Positions 38,901-55,300 of a DNA stretch of 64,000 nt are shown here, piece by piece. A program made the translations under genes and the position numbers. Source of the DNA: Macrostomum lignano. Taxonomy: Eukaryota. Where the stretch lies: positions 62,001 to 126,000 of the forward strand of contig NIVC01002865.1 in assembly GCA_002269645.1 (NCBI GenBank), given 5' to 3'. The notes under the pieces are model-generated. The model was not told the origin of the DNA. It did not search any database and worked only from the letters and a program-made list of their open reading frames with translations. Every line of letters begins with the position of its first letter. Position 1 is the stretch's first letter.

Positions 38901-40426
38901 AAAGAAATTTAACTGCATATTTAAAATAAAAATAGAAGAAAATTTTATTTTCTCTTTAATATTTTTGTCGTTTATTTTCCGCAACAAAGAATAACAAATA
39001 GCCTTGATTTCTTGTCAATTTCAAGTTTTCTTGTGGTTTTAGTAGCAGCTTCTTACAGAAATTGTCGAAAGAATTTTTTTTGTACGATTATTGGTCGATG
39101 TATAAACTTTTTTTGCAATAACAAAAAGTTGTGACCTAGCTTTGAGAACGACCCAATCGCTATTTTATCTTGAATTTGAAAAATCGCCGGTTTATCTTGA
39201 ATTTGAAAAATCGCCGGTTTATCTTGAATTTGAAAAATCGCCGGTTTATCTTGAATTTGAAAAATCGCCGGTTTATCTTCGATTTAAAAAATCACTTTTC
39301 ATCTTTGATTTTTAAAATAGTATTTTAACTTCAAATAAAAAATCGCTATTTTATCTTGAATTTGAAAAATCGCCGGTTTATCTTCTATTTGAAAAATCGC
39401 CGGTTTATCTTCTATTTGAAAATCGCCGGTTTATCTTCAATTTGAAAAATCGCCGGTTTATCTTGAATTTGAAAAATCGCCGGTTTATCTTCGATTTAAA
39501 AAATCACTTTTCATCTTTGATTTTTAAAATAGTATTTTAACTTCAAATAAAAAATCGCTATTTTATCTTGAATTTGAAAAATCGCCGGTTAATCTTCTAT
39601 TTGAAAAATCGCCGGTTTATCTTCTATTTGAAAATCGCCGGTTTATCTTCAATTTGAAAAATCGCCGGTTTATCTTGAATTTGAAAAATCGCCGGTTTAT
39701 CTTCGATTTAAAAAATCACTTTTCATCTTTGATTTTTAAAATAGTATTTTAACTTCAAATAAAAAATCGCTATTTTATCTTGAATTTGAAAAATCGCCGG
39801 TTAATCTTCTATTTGAAAAATCGCCGGTTTATCTTCTATTTGAAAATCGCCGGTTTATCTTCAATTTGAAAAATCGCCGGTTTATCTTGAATTTGAAAAA
39901 TCGCCGGTTTATCTTCGATTTAAAAAATCACTTTTCATCTTTGATTTTTAAAATCGTATTTTAACTTCAAATAAAAAATCGCTATTTTATCTTGAATTTG
40001 AAAAATCGCCGGTTAATCTTCTATTTGAAAAATCGCCGGTTTATCTTGAATTTGAAAAATCGCCGGTTTATCTTGAATTTGAAAAATCGCCGGTTTATCT
40101 TCTATTTGAAAATCGCTGGTTTATCTTCAATTTGAAAAATCGCCGGTTTATCTTCAATTTGAAAAATCGCCGGTTTATCTTCGATTTAAAAAATCACTTT
40201 TCATCTTTGATTTTTAAAATCGTATTTTAACTTCAAATTAAAAATCGCTATTTTATCTTGAATTTAGAAATCGCCATTAGTTAGTCCAAAGTTTATAAAA
40301 CGCTTTTTAAATCTCCAATTCAACCTCGTCCACTTTCGTTTCATTGAACACCACGCAGGATCTGTGAGCTTCTTCGCCACATTCTGGTTTGTGCGGAAAA
40401 TCTACAGCGTAGTCAAAGTGGACTGA
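23939..40426 (+). CDS. TM9SF2: Transmembrane 9 superfamily member 2 (nonaspanin/EMP70)
   Basis: Nine exons: 23939-24067, 25722-25789, 25872-26154, 29309-29635, 30680-31021, 31253-31429, 31776-32006, 32242-32635, 40359-40426. All GT-AG and phase-consistent; 672 aa. Motifs: signal peptide + [66 protein letters not shown]-terminal KIYSVVKVD (KxD/E motif). Confidence 0.95.
24601..25061. mobile_element. MITE with ~140-bp terminal inverted repeats, TM9SF2 intron 1
   Basis: GGCAGTGCTTATCCCC...GGCACACTGACAAGATAGCTG...CATCTTCTA is mirrored by TAGAAGATG...CAGCTATCTTGTCAGTGTGCC...GGGGATAAGCACTGCC. Confidence 0.8.
26228..29262. repeat. 25-bp satellite (CAGAATGGCGCCCCCATCAGAGTCA)n, about 3 kb, TM9SF2 intron 3
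   Basis: Period 25 with GGATTTA/GAGCCA/GAGTCA variants and occasional 24-bp units; lies between the donor at 26155 and the acceptor at 29308. Confidence 0.95.
29718..30565. repeat. ~21-bp minisatellite (ATATCTAACACCCAGTCCGTC)n, TM9SF2 intron 4
   Basis: Recurrent TATCTAACACC core with longer duplicated blocks. Confidence 0.88.
31030..31175. repeat. ~31-bp tandem repeat (GGGACTGAGGGAGGAGCGGAGAGGCAGACTCA-like), TM9SF2 intron 5
   Basis: About 4 copies. Confidence 0.8.
31475..31765. repeat. ~23-bp tandem repeat (AATCGCCCCACAACCCCATCAGG)n, TM9SF2 intron 6
   Basis: About 12 copies. Confidence 0.85.
32035..32215. repeat. (CTGACTCA)n/(CTGA)n microsatellite, TM9SF2 intron 7
   Basis: Directly visible. 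Confidence 0.92.
33025..33570 (+). pseudogene. Decayed IS630/Tc1-family transposase (HTH plus first catalytic Asp), frameshifted and truncated
   Basis: [32 protein letters not shown] (HTH-like), frameshift to [14 protein letters not shown], later [15 protein letters not shown]. Confidence 0.65.
33782..34843 (-). CDS. Gag-like protein of a DIRS/Ngaro-type retroelement (N-terminal SAP motif, C-terminal Cys/His knuckle)
   Basis: Intact, intronless 353-aa [31 protein letters not shown] is a SAP motif; [28 protein letters not shown] is a Cys/His cluster typical of tyrosine-recombinase retroelement Gag. No RT/RNaseH/YR ORF is visible downstream. Confidence 0.65.
   Translation of the reverse strand: MNRTRSQSADSVPTTVPALRGKLKELGLPTSGNKAKLVQRLRAHIQDVETSVESDELTNVQAILRATGQNSAVASSGGSPPNRRQVENGGSGAAGGLDEQLLEAEKRIRLLKLRKEEAQLESEFAQLRVGRSEARDVPGELLNCLTGCVQHEVGQQHENMGASGRSTSSVYRIVDFVSKRKQCLLGQSKSKEVAVEALSLGDWVTGNAQAMLQMLTDGRLVRLDQHGRLDVAELRDYLRYTARIGELLDLGFDKSRVMRFDDECRLSQTSDGKWESHSSDLSLVAAYLMAPQKQQSGGGAQKRNQLVCFDYNRIRGCERKSCRFLHRCRRCGLAHSEAAFHRDESSGEEKPQH
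35352..39154. mobile_element. 3.8-kb DNA transposon with ~20-bp TIRs (GGGTCGTTC...) and 4-bp TSD AATC; Sola2-like, non-autonomous/decayed
   Basis: Left AATC|GGGTCGTTCGCAAATTCTAGG; right CCTAGCTTTGAGAACGACCC|AATC. Removing the element and one AATC restores the host repeat unit CAAATAAAAAATCGCTATTTTATC. The superfamily is inferred only from the GRG terminus plus 4-bp TSD. Confidence 0.65.
39155..40270. repeat. 27-bp minisatellite (GAAAAATCGCCGGTTTATCTTGAATTT)n with a 212-bp higher-order unit
   Basis: The marker GATTTAAAAAATCACTTTT recurs at 39281, 39493, 39705, 39917 and 40183. Related units also occur at 32645-32710 and 35225-35350. Confidence 0.9.
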
Positions 40427-40884
40427 GGCGGTTTGGGCTACACGTGTTTAGACAGTGGCTGCTGGCACACACTGCTTAGGATCGGAGTTTATCTTTGAGT
40501 TTTTCTATTCTAGAATATCCATCCTAGTCTTCATTTAAAATGAAGTACAGTAAAACATAAAACATATATTTATCATTCCTTCATTTTTATTATTCTTTTA
40601 CGTATTTTCAACCAATTAAGGACCAACTAAAAACAGTTTTGCGACATTTAAATTAAATTGACGTCTTTATAGGATTCTCGTACGACAATATTTATGCAGT
40701 GAATTTTCTTACCAAATTAAACTTGTACTTTTTTCAAATTATTTATTTGGTTGACGTCACAACTTTTAAAGGTTACATGTAAATCTAGTTGTGCGAGACT
40801 ACTTTTTGTGTTAATTCTTTGAAATTTATTCAAAATAGTTTATTAATACACTATTAGCGTGCTGTATTACGAGGGTTGCTCCAA

Positions 40885-41395
40885 TGGCCAACCTCGCTCT
40901 CCAGACTCAATGTACATCCCCACACGGTAGCCAACCCCACTCCCCAGACTCAATATACATCCCCACACAGTCGCCAACCCCACTCTCCAAACTCAATTTA
41001 CATCCCCACACAGTAGCCAACCCCACTCCCCAGACTCAATGTACATCCCCACACAGTAGCCAACCCCACTCCCCAGACTCAATGTACATCCCCACACAGT
41101 AGCCAACCCCACTCCCCAGACTCAATGTACATCCCCACACAGTAGCCAACCCCACTCCCCAGACTCAATGTACATCACCACAAGTAGCCAACCCCACTCC
41201 CCAGACTCAATGTACATCCCCACACAGTATCCAACCCTACTCCCCAGACTCAATGTACATCCCCACACAGTATCCAACCCTACTCCCCAGACTCAATGTA
41301 CATCCCCACACAGTAGCCAACCCCACTCCCCAGACTCAATGTACATCCCCACACAAAAGCCAACCCCACTCCTCGCATCCAATGTACATCCCGAA
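40885..41395. repeat. 43-bp tandem repeat (CCCACACAGTAGCCAACCCCACTCCCCAGACTCAATGTACATC)n
   Basis: About 11 copies. Confidence 0.9.
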
Positions 41396-42019
41396 ACTGT
41401 TACTTCCTACTCGATATAGAATTGAATTTAAAAAATAAATACAATTTGAATCAGCGGAATTTTCAGCAGACACTTTGGTGCATTTATTTGATAGCTTTGG
41501 AGGGCAAAATCATTGTCATACATTAGTACGCTCGTAATATAGGGGATTTATCAGGGAACAATAACACGTTAATCGAAATAATGACTGCTTGCACAGCCAA
41601 TGTTAGGTTAAAAGCAGAGTTACTTTTATAGCCGTTTCCATGCAGTGTATTAATTACTAATAGTGATTGTATGCAAAAGCATTAGATATTACTGGTTAAA
41701 AAAACGAGTAGTGTCTCTCATGAGCTTTTGTAAAACGCATATCTTCAAGCTCAACGCGAAACCAAACAATATACATCGATAAAGCTGAAATAAAATTGAA
41801 AGAAATGCTGAACCCAATGGCATTGGAATGGAGCTACGCATCTGCTTTATAATTAGTCAAATTTTCGTACTTTAGGGAAGTTTATTAATTTGTGTTACTG
41901 TAGTTAGGTAATTTAAATAACAATTCTATTGGCACAACGAAATTATTAATAGGATATGCATGTAGAATCACGTGAGAATGCTTGCATACTCTAGTATGTA
42001 CATACTCTAGTATGCAAGC

Positions 42020-42182
42020 ATTTGGTAGTAGTACATGTATATAAACGTTTGGTAGTAGTACATGTATATAAACGTTTGGTAGTAGTACATGTATATAAAC
42101 GTTTGGTAGTAGTACATGTATATAAACGTTTGGTAGTAGTACATGTATATAAACGTTTGGTAGTAGTACATGTATATAAACA
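42020..42182. repeat. 27-bp tandem repeat (TTTGGTAGTAGTACATGTATATAAACG)n
   Basis: 6 copies. Confidence 0.9.
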
Positions 42183-42236
42183 GTAATTGAGCAAGCTGAG
42201 GCAATGCGTGTGCTGCAGTGCGATGGTACATTACTA

Positions 42237-42460
42237 CACCTTTTCACGTTCAATCCTGAACAAAGTCCAGTTCTAAAAAAACTAGCGGAAATTCAATTCA
42301 GACAATTCAGACTGGGGCAACAAACCCCAGTTCAAAACATTCTGCTACGGAAGCGAGGTTTAGCCATAGACAAAATTGTCCCCAGTCTGAATTGTCCGAA
42401 TTGAATTTCCGCTAGTTTTTTTAGAACTGGACCCTGTTCAAAATTGAACGTGAAAAGGTG
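42237..42460. mobile_element. Tc1/mariner-type MITE with ~85-bp TIRs and TA TSD
   Basis: TA|CACCTTTTCACGTTCAAT...AACTAGCGGAAATTCAATTC...CAGACTGGGG is mirrored by CCCCAGTCTG...GAATTGAATTTCCGCTAGTT...ATTGAACGTGAAAAGGTG|TA. Confidence 0.82.
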
Positions 42461-43430
42461 TAATAGATAATTTTACCTGGATAATAACAAAACTTGTTCG
42501 TTTCTTAGTTGCATTTCGCGATGCTTAAAAATACGGTTACATATAATTAATCGGATTTACATTTATGAATGTACATGTAAGTGAAACTTCGGTTGATGCA
42601 TACAGTATAATACGTGTAGATTAAGAGTGCTTTCAGATGCCTCCTAAGTTTACCACATGTACTAGTAGGTACATGTAGTTTAGGTGTAGACACCAGTTTA
42701 GGGTAGATGCTATAGTTCAACAGGGTAGATAGTAGTTAGGATCGAAGTAGTTTAGAGTAGATGCAGCTCGATCGCACATGTAGTTTAGGAGATTTATTAG
42801 GGTTAATTTGACCTCGATGAAAACGGAACCTAGAGCAAGAAGCGTCCCAGGGTCGTTGCAGGTAACGCAGGTAAAATACATGTAGGAAAGAAGTGGCTCT
42901 AGACGGCTATAAAACCACAGATATCTCGGTACAAGTCGACAAAAAGTAGTTTTTCAGAGTCGCCTAAAGAGTCAATTTGAGAGGCGTTTGATTGTCTGCG
43001 ACTCTGAAACGACTCTGGGGCCGTACATGTAGGTCATTCTGAGGCGTTCTTAGAGCCGCTTTAGATTCGCTGAGTTGCGTCAAAAGCGCATCTGGGTCAC
43101 TTCATGAATTTGAATCGCATTTCGCATTTATAACAACTCAATTCAGCCTACTTGAGTTGGTAGAAATTTAAGCGCTAAAAATTCTAGAGTGACTTTTTCG
43201 CGACTCTTACGACTCTACAACTGATGCACTCGTGACTCAACTGTCGCCTCGCCGTCGCATTGCAGTCGTTTGAGTCGTTAAAAAGTCACAAGAGTCGCCC
43301 GCCGCCAGAGTGGTTGGGAGTCACTAGAGGTGTTTACAATGACTCTAGCAATTATTGTCACGGTAACGTTTTCAACGGGGAATAAAATGGGTAGCTAGCA
43401 GAGTTCAGACAAACCGAACCCGCTGCTAGC

Positions 43431-48539
<5,109 letters not shown>

Positions 48540-50499
48540 TGCCTTACTGAAGCAATATTCTGAGACTTCAAGAGTCTCTCAGACTAGACCGGGCCAACTA
48601 AGCCGCTTGTATTGCTTAAGGCCAAATTAGATTTGCAAAAAAGGCTGGTTAATATGCAAAAAATACTGCAATAGACAGCACTTGTCAGGTCTTGTTGCTT
48701 TGTTGTTTAAGTCTAGTTTAAAAATAGTGTCAAGCGTATGGAACAGAAAGGGCTCAGGGGCTTGTCTTGGATTGGACTGCTGCAAATGCCGCCTCCCCAG
48801 CAGGCAGTGTTTTTCTGTCTGTAGCACGCAGTGCGTGGCCTTTCCCTTCTCTCCTTGCTTAGGATTTAGTGCGCGCGGTGAGCAGATGATTGAATAAAGT
48901 ACATACTTTTCAATGTACATTCCCTTTTCCTATCTACCACCCGCGCCGGGTCTCCCTCGTCCCCGCCAAAGCCCGGATTCAGTTAATAAAAGAATGTACA
49001 TAGCTTTTCAGGCCGGAATAGAGGTTGGGGTGGTGGGGCAGGGGGTTGGGTTAGGGTGGAGGGGCTGGCTAAAAAGATGGACTTGTCACACGCGAGAAAG
49101 CCACCCATGCCAAGCTGAATAGCGGGCGGGGAGAAGCCCTCTCGCCCAGCCCGCCCTCTATCCCTCGCCCCCCCCCCCGACCGTATATTGACTCACCTCA
49201 ACACCCCGCCCTTGAACTGCCCCAGCCCCCTCCCTCCAGTGTTGTTTATCCCCGTTGAGCAGTCATTAGACGAAACTCTCAAGCGTCAAGCCTTGCGTAC
49301 TTGCGTACTAGCTGGACGTCCTTTCTCTCTAGCTCTATTGTTACTTCGAAGGGCATGGTGAACTCAGTAGTTTGCGCATATGGTGTACATTATTCTACTC
49401 AAAAATATTGTACAGTCTTAATTACCTAGACTCCCGTGTCTAGTGATGTCTTAGGCTGCTTTCTATTCTACCCGTCTAGCTTTCAGGGTCAGCTCAAAAC
49501 AACTGCGTGCCAAATTGCGTACGAATAGTAACGCTTGCCTAGGTGAATAGTGTGAACTGCTTAGAGTATTACAATCTTACTGACAGCTAAGAGAATCAGC
49601 TAATAACTCCTTTCTATATCCAAGGAGACTCACAAGTGCTCTATTAGCATCAGTACGACCGCATGTATGTACAGTTTAATTATATAAATCAATAAGATTT
49701 AACAATAGTTCCAAAAATAAACCAACAGTGCTTAATTATCTTATCAATAATTTGAGTTGGAATTCAAATTAACAAAGGGTAATCGTGTCCAATATTACTT
49801 ACATTACCTATACGTATACTACTAACTACTCATAGTAGTCTACCCAGAGACTATGTTGCTATGGCTGAAATGTGCAATATACACGTTCACTGGCACCTAC
49901 ACGTGTACCGGGTAACTCGCGAATATTTGTTGAAATAAAATGAAAAACTCAGAGTTTACGTTAGAAATTGGTATTTAAAGATGCCAATTCAGATGTCAGG
50001 GATAACTGTCAGTATCAGTTAAGCCACAGTGGGTGCGATGAACTCACAAATTGCTGATAACCAGCTCGGTTGCTGTCCCTTTAGACACACGTTTCAATAA
50101 CTTTTTTATTTAGCTCGTAACACTTCAGCTGAGTTCTTAAGAGCTTAATTGCTTGATTATGTAAGTCTCGGCCAGTCAGTCAATTGTTGCTATATGATCA
50201 AGAAATCATTGTCTCTGAGTGGGATTCTATTAGTCCTAATACCTGTCAGTATCCAGTGCTCTGGCTGCCTCGGGTGCCCAGACCGTTCAGACAGAACCAG
50301 ACAGAACTACACAACCGTAACTGTTGAACACAAGTGCTACTAGGTTCTACGACAACTGCCTGCACGTCAAACCCTAACCTTCGTAACCCTAACCCTAGCA
50401 GTTGTCGCGGAGGTAATTGTCGTGCTATACCGAGATACTGGACCGCATTGCTAACGAGAAGCAGAGACATAGTCATAGAAAAGCCACCGAACCACGTTG

Positions 50500-51380
50500 G
50501 AACAACATCAAAACACAAAACCATAGAACCACAGAAACACAGAACCACAGAATCACAGAACCACAGAAACACAGAACCACAGAAACACAGAAACACAGAA
50601 CCACAGAACCCCAGAAACACAAAAACACAGAACCACAGATCCACAGAACCACAGAAACAGAGAAACACAAAACCACAGAACCACAGAACCACAGAACCAC
50701 AGAACCACAGAAACAGAGAAACACAGAACCACAGAACCACAGAAACACAGAAACACAGAACCACAGAACCACAGAACCCAGAAACACAAAAACACAGAAC
50801 CACAGATCCACAGAACCACAGAAACACAGAAACAGAGAAACACAAAACCACAGAACCACAGAACCACAGAACCACAGAACCACAGAAACAGAGAAACACA
50901 AAACCACACAACCACAGAAACACAGAACCACAGACACAGAACCAAAAAACCACAGAACCACAGAAACACAGAACCCCAGAAACACAAAAACACAGAACCA
51001 CAGAAACACTGAAACACAGAAACACAGAACCACAGAACCACAGAAACACTGAAACACAGAAACACAGAACCACAGAAACACAAACAGAAACACAGAACCA
51101 CAGAAATACAGAACCACAGAAACACAGAACCACAGAAACACAGAAACAGAAACACAGAACCACAGAATCACAGAAACACAGAAACAGAAACACAGAAACA
51201 GAAGCACAGAACCACAGAACCACAGAAACAGAAACACAGAAACAGAAACACAAAACCACAGAACCACAGAAACACAGAAACACAGAAACACAGAAACAGA
51301 AACACAGAACTACAGAACCTCAGAAGCACAGAAACACGAACCACAGAACAACCGAAACACAAAACCACAGAACACAGAAA
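50500..51380. repeat. Compound 8-9-bp repeat (ACAGAACC/ACAGAAAC)n, intergenic
   Basis: Directly visible; source of spurious ORFs 50246-51440. Confidence 0.9.
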
Positions 51381-52379
51381 CACAACCTTATACGAGAAGC
51401 CTTAGAAGCGCAAAGCCATTTAACCACGGAAACAACATAAAAACGAAAAACAAAAAAAACAAAAAACGAAAAAAATGACCAAAGAAGCAAAGAATCACAA
51501 AACCAACAGGGATTCTAGACCACAGAACCACTTTCATAACTGTTGCAGAATTTCAGCCACGTAGCAGCAAGACTATAAATCGTAAAAGCCGAATTTTTTT
51601 AACGCAGAGACTCGACAAGTAACGATGAAGGAAACCGAGAAATGGGGCTACAATGCCAAATGAAAATGCACCGGCTGCAAGATATCGTTGCTGCACGAGG
51701 ACAACTGCTCAGAGCGCAATCAGATAAATTGATGCCCGACTAAAGAGCGCTATGAAACCTCTGTACTGATGCGAGCTATACGAATGAGTTGAGCTATAGC
51801 TCATAAATTTATCGCTGTCCGCCAGTCTCGAACAATGCCCCCACTGCCCAGTTGGCCAACGCTTGTTTCCCGTATCTCGACAACTGGCCTAAAAGCCGAT
51901 GCGAGACAGAACCTTTGCGGACTTATTTATGGAAGGACAAACAAAAAACTGATACAGGAGCGTTTTTATTGAATTGAGGAGACTTAGGGACAGACGGGGT
52001 TGGGGCTGGTGCTCCGGCACAAGTCGCGATCCCCATTCTCCCACCCAACGGCGAATCGCAATCGTTGGGATCGAGATATGGAAGAATATGATGAAAAATC
52101 GCTGCCCTGCTCCGTGGGGTTCCTCTCCGCCACTCCCGATCTCTTCTCTGGTTCTTGCTGAAAAAACCGGTTTTCTTTCCAAGCAAATTTTGAGTCAGTT
52201 TTTAAAAGCCAATCCCAAGACCGTCGCAGGAAAGTATAGTTCAAGTGGGAACGGAAAAGAATCTCTGGTTGAAGATACGAACCAGTCCGTTCTGCATCAG
52301 CAACGCATCGCTGCACTGACGCGGAAGCGGGTTTACAATTTCGAGTCCAACATCGAAAGCTCGGCAGCATACGGCAGAC

Positions 52380-55300
52380 ATGCGCTGGTTCACAATCTTC
52401 AGAGCTGTGTTGGTTCGTGTACTGTTCGCCACCCACGGCATGGCCACTATTGCGTACCTGTGCGACAAGTCTAAGAAGAATGAGTACTGGTATCTAACAG
52501 CCTCCTTGGTTGGCCTTATTTTGGAATCGATTGTCACCTTTGGCGCCAACCGAGGTCGCGAGTGGAAATGGTGAGCATGTCGAGACTGACTGTTCATCGT
52601 TTCTTTTTTTGAGGAGTGGTTTATTTAATATGAGCCAGATTTTATGCTCAACGATATACGAAGATATAGTCGTTAATTTTTCCCTACATGGCTATTTAAA
52701 ACTCTCTTGTATTCTGCTAAACTAACCTCCATAGTACCATCATTGCTGTGGTGATTTTTAATGCCTGAAGGATCCGTGCCAAGGATCCAACCTTTTTGGG
52801 TGGGGGGGGGGGTTAACGTGCTTCCTCTGTAGACATGACCTGCAACTTGAGTCCGAACTTCTAAGGCTCACGAAGAACGAATGTAAATGTTGCAACCTCC
52901 AGTATCCTCTCGTCATTATCAAAATTGGAACAGTTATTGAGCACCAATGCTAGAAAGTCCAGACTCCAAGCGGGTAATATTTCGGAGCTCATCGAACAAA
53001 AAAACATAGTCTAGTGGAACCAACTGATTTGCTCAAGTGGCCCATTGGGCGTCCGCGTCCTTGTTGTGACGATGAATACTTCTCTGCATGGCAACGCTGG
53101 GGACGCCATTTAATTTCTGGGTCGGCCAGCTTCCTGCAGTTGACAGGAGAGATTGGGAGCAGAGAGAGAGAAGGAGAGAACCAGAGAATAGGCATATATC
53201 CCTGGCATTGAATTGCAAAGTTTGTCACGTACAACAATTTATTTGACTGTCGGTCGCGCTCTGAACTCCCAATCACTCTCTTTGTCTGTCAGCCGAAACC
53301 GTATTCAATGTCCGGCTGGCTGCTGGATCAGAAACCGTTTCGATCCAACTTTCCACAGACCGGTTCCTGAAGCACCGGCTAGACTAGGCTAGATCTTGAG
53401 CAGCGAGTGATTGATTCTACTCGGTGTTTGTACAGTGATCTAGCTCAGCTCGTACGAGCCTATGTAAGCTGCGCTTGATCAAGGATGGATCCTGTCTTAT
53501 AGAATGATAAAATTACATTTTGTTTCCTAAATTATCTGGCGTCTGGGTGAACTCAAACTATGAAACAGGAGTTGCATGATCTCGGGGTGCATGGACTCAA
53601 ACTGTGACACTGGAGTATCTGGTCTCAGGGTGCATGGACTCAAACTGTGACACTGGAGTATCTGGTCTCAGGGTGCATGGACTCAAACTGTGACACTGGA
53701 GTATCTGGTCTCAGAGTGCATGGACTTGAACTGTGACACTGAAGTATCTCGTCACAAGTTGTCTAGGCTTAAAATGTGACACTGGTTTATCTAGTTCTCC
53801 ATATTCTCAGCGAGCAGTTGAAGTCGCAAACTTCAAACGTGCTTCAAATTTTACTTGGCTTCCATATAAGGAAGTCCGTAGGTCATAAAGTCAGAAGTTC
53901 TCAGACTCATTTGCACGCACGCACGCACTGGTCGCTGTTCCGGAGGTACTCTATTCAGGGGTGAGAGACCTGCTAAACCGTTGGCAAATGGGAACTTCCT
54001 TGAGCACCTGGAGACAGACTTTCTTATTGAAAAATGATTTGCTAAAAGTTTTTGTCATTAAAACGTTTTGTTGGAACGAAGCAGCGTCCTCAGAAATGTT
54101 TGGAATCAGTGAAAAAAGCTGGATGCCAAATTAAATTTCCTCAATCTCCGGAAAGAATGAAGCTGGTCGCTGTGCTTGACTGGTTTTTCTTCAGCGCAAA
54201 ATCCGAGACCAAATCTTCCTGCTTTGACCCTCTCCTCCTCTCTCCTTCGGCCATCCGTCATTGACGTCAGTGATAAAAGCCTCAAATAGTTCATGAATAA
54301 TGGCTTGCCCAAAGTAGACGCCCCCACGTATATAACCAGATTTTAGTTCGGCATAGCGGTCGCTGCTCATTAGTCACTTGCTACCGCTGACTGCCGGGGC
54401 CCAGTGGCTAGGATTTGGAGTTCATGCTCTGCAGGAATTCTGAGAGAATAACTAACTGTGTGCACTTGATTCTGGCGCCCTTATCAAGCAATCTTAACGG
54501 TAGCTAGGTGACTCACCGAGATTATTAGTTCATTCATGCTGAGATTGTCATTAGTTCATTCATGCTGAGATGTTGTTGTCATTAGGTTCGAGTATATGGA
54601 TTTCTAGATACAAAACGCTATGGTACATAGCTAGCCTCTATGTTCACTTCGCTCCTCAGCAAAAGCAAAAGTCAAAAGAATTCCCATAGATTTTTTAGAC
54701 TAAACTTGTTCACATTTAGGGCATTTAGGGGTTCGTGTGTACAATTTTAGTCCCAAAAAAATCTATGGGAGTTCTTTTGAGTGTTGCTTCCTGAGTAGCC
54801 AAGCGAACATAGAGGCTTCCTTGGTTTTGTGTATTGAAGCATAGCCAGGGACTACTACAAAATTGGAGGCCGATCTCTTAATAACTTAGTCCTCGAAAAG
54901 CATATTTTAAATAGATTTTTCCTTGTACTCGTAGTCAGTGAGTTTGTGTCTATGGTACAAACCTATCGAGTTTTCGAGGACTAAGTTGCTAACAGACCGA
55001 CCTCCAAATTTTGTTGCTTTCATTTTTACGTCTTAACATCATCAACATGTCTAAATGGCTGTGTGCCCTTGTGTCGTATAGTCAGCAAGCCAGCAAGGAA
55101 GTAGGGCCGGCAGTCATACGCATTCTGCTGACCCCGTGCATGCACTCGCACACTCTCGCACGATATTGTCAGACACGTAGATACCATGTGCCTTGGAGGC
55201 TTATGTTTATCTGTCCTCAACAAAAATACTTCTCAATTCTCGCAGGTTCTGTCCGTCGGCATTTTTCTACCTGCTAATCACCGTGCCGAGCACCTGGTTC

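Noticed and set aside
50246-51440. Overlapping 200-370-aa ORFs on both strands
   Set aside because: They are translations of an 8-9-bp compound repeat.
52800-53400. GC-balanced stretch in TMEM26 intron 1 resembling decayed coding sequence (minus strand)
   Set aside because: It is interrupted by stops and I cannot assign a family from the sequence alone.
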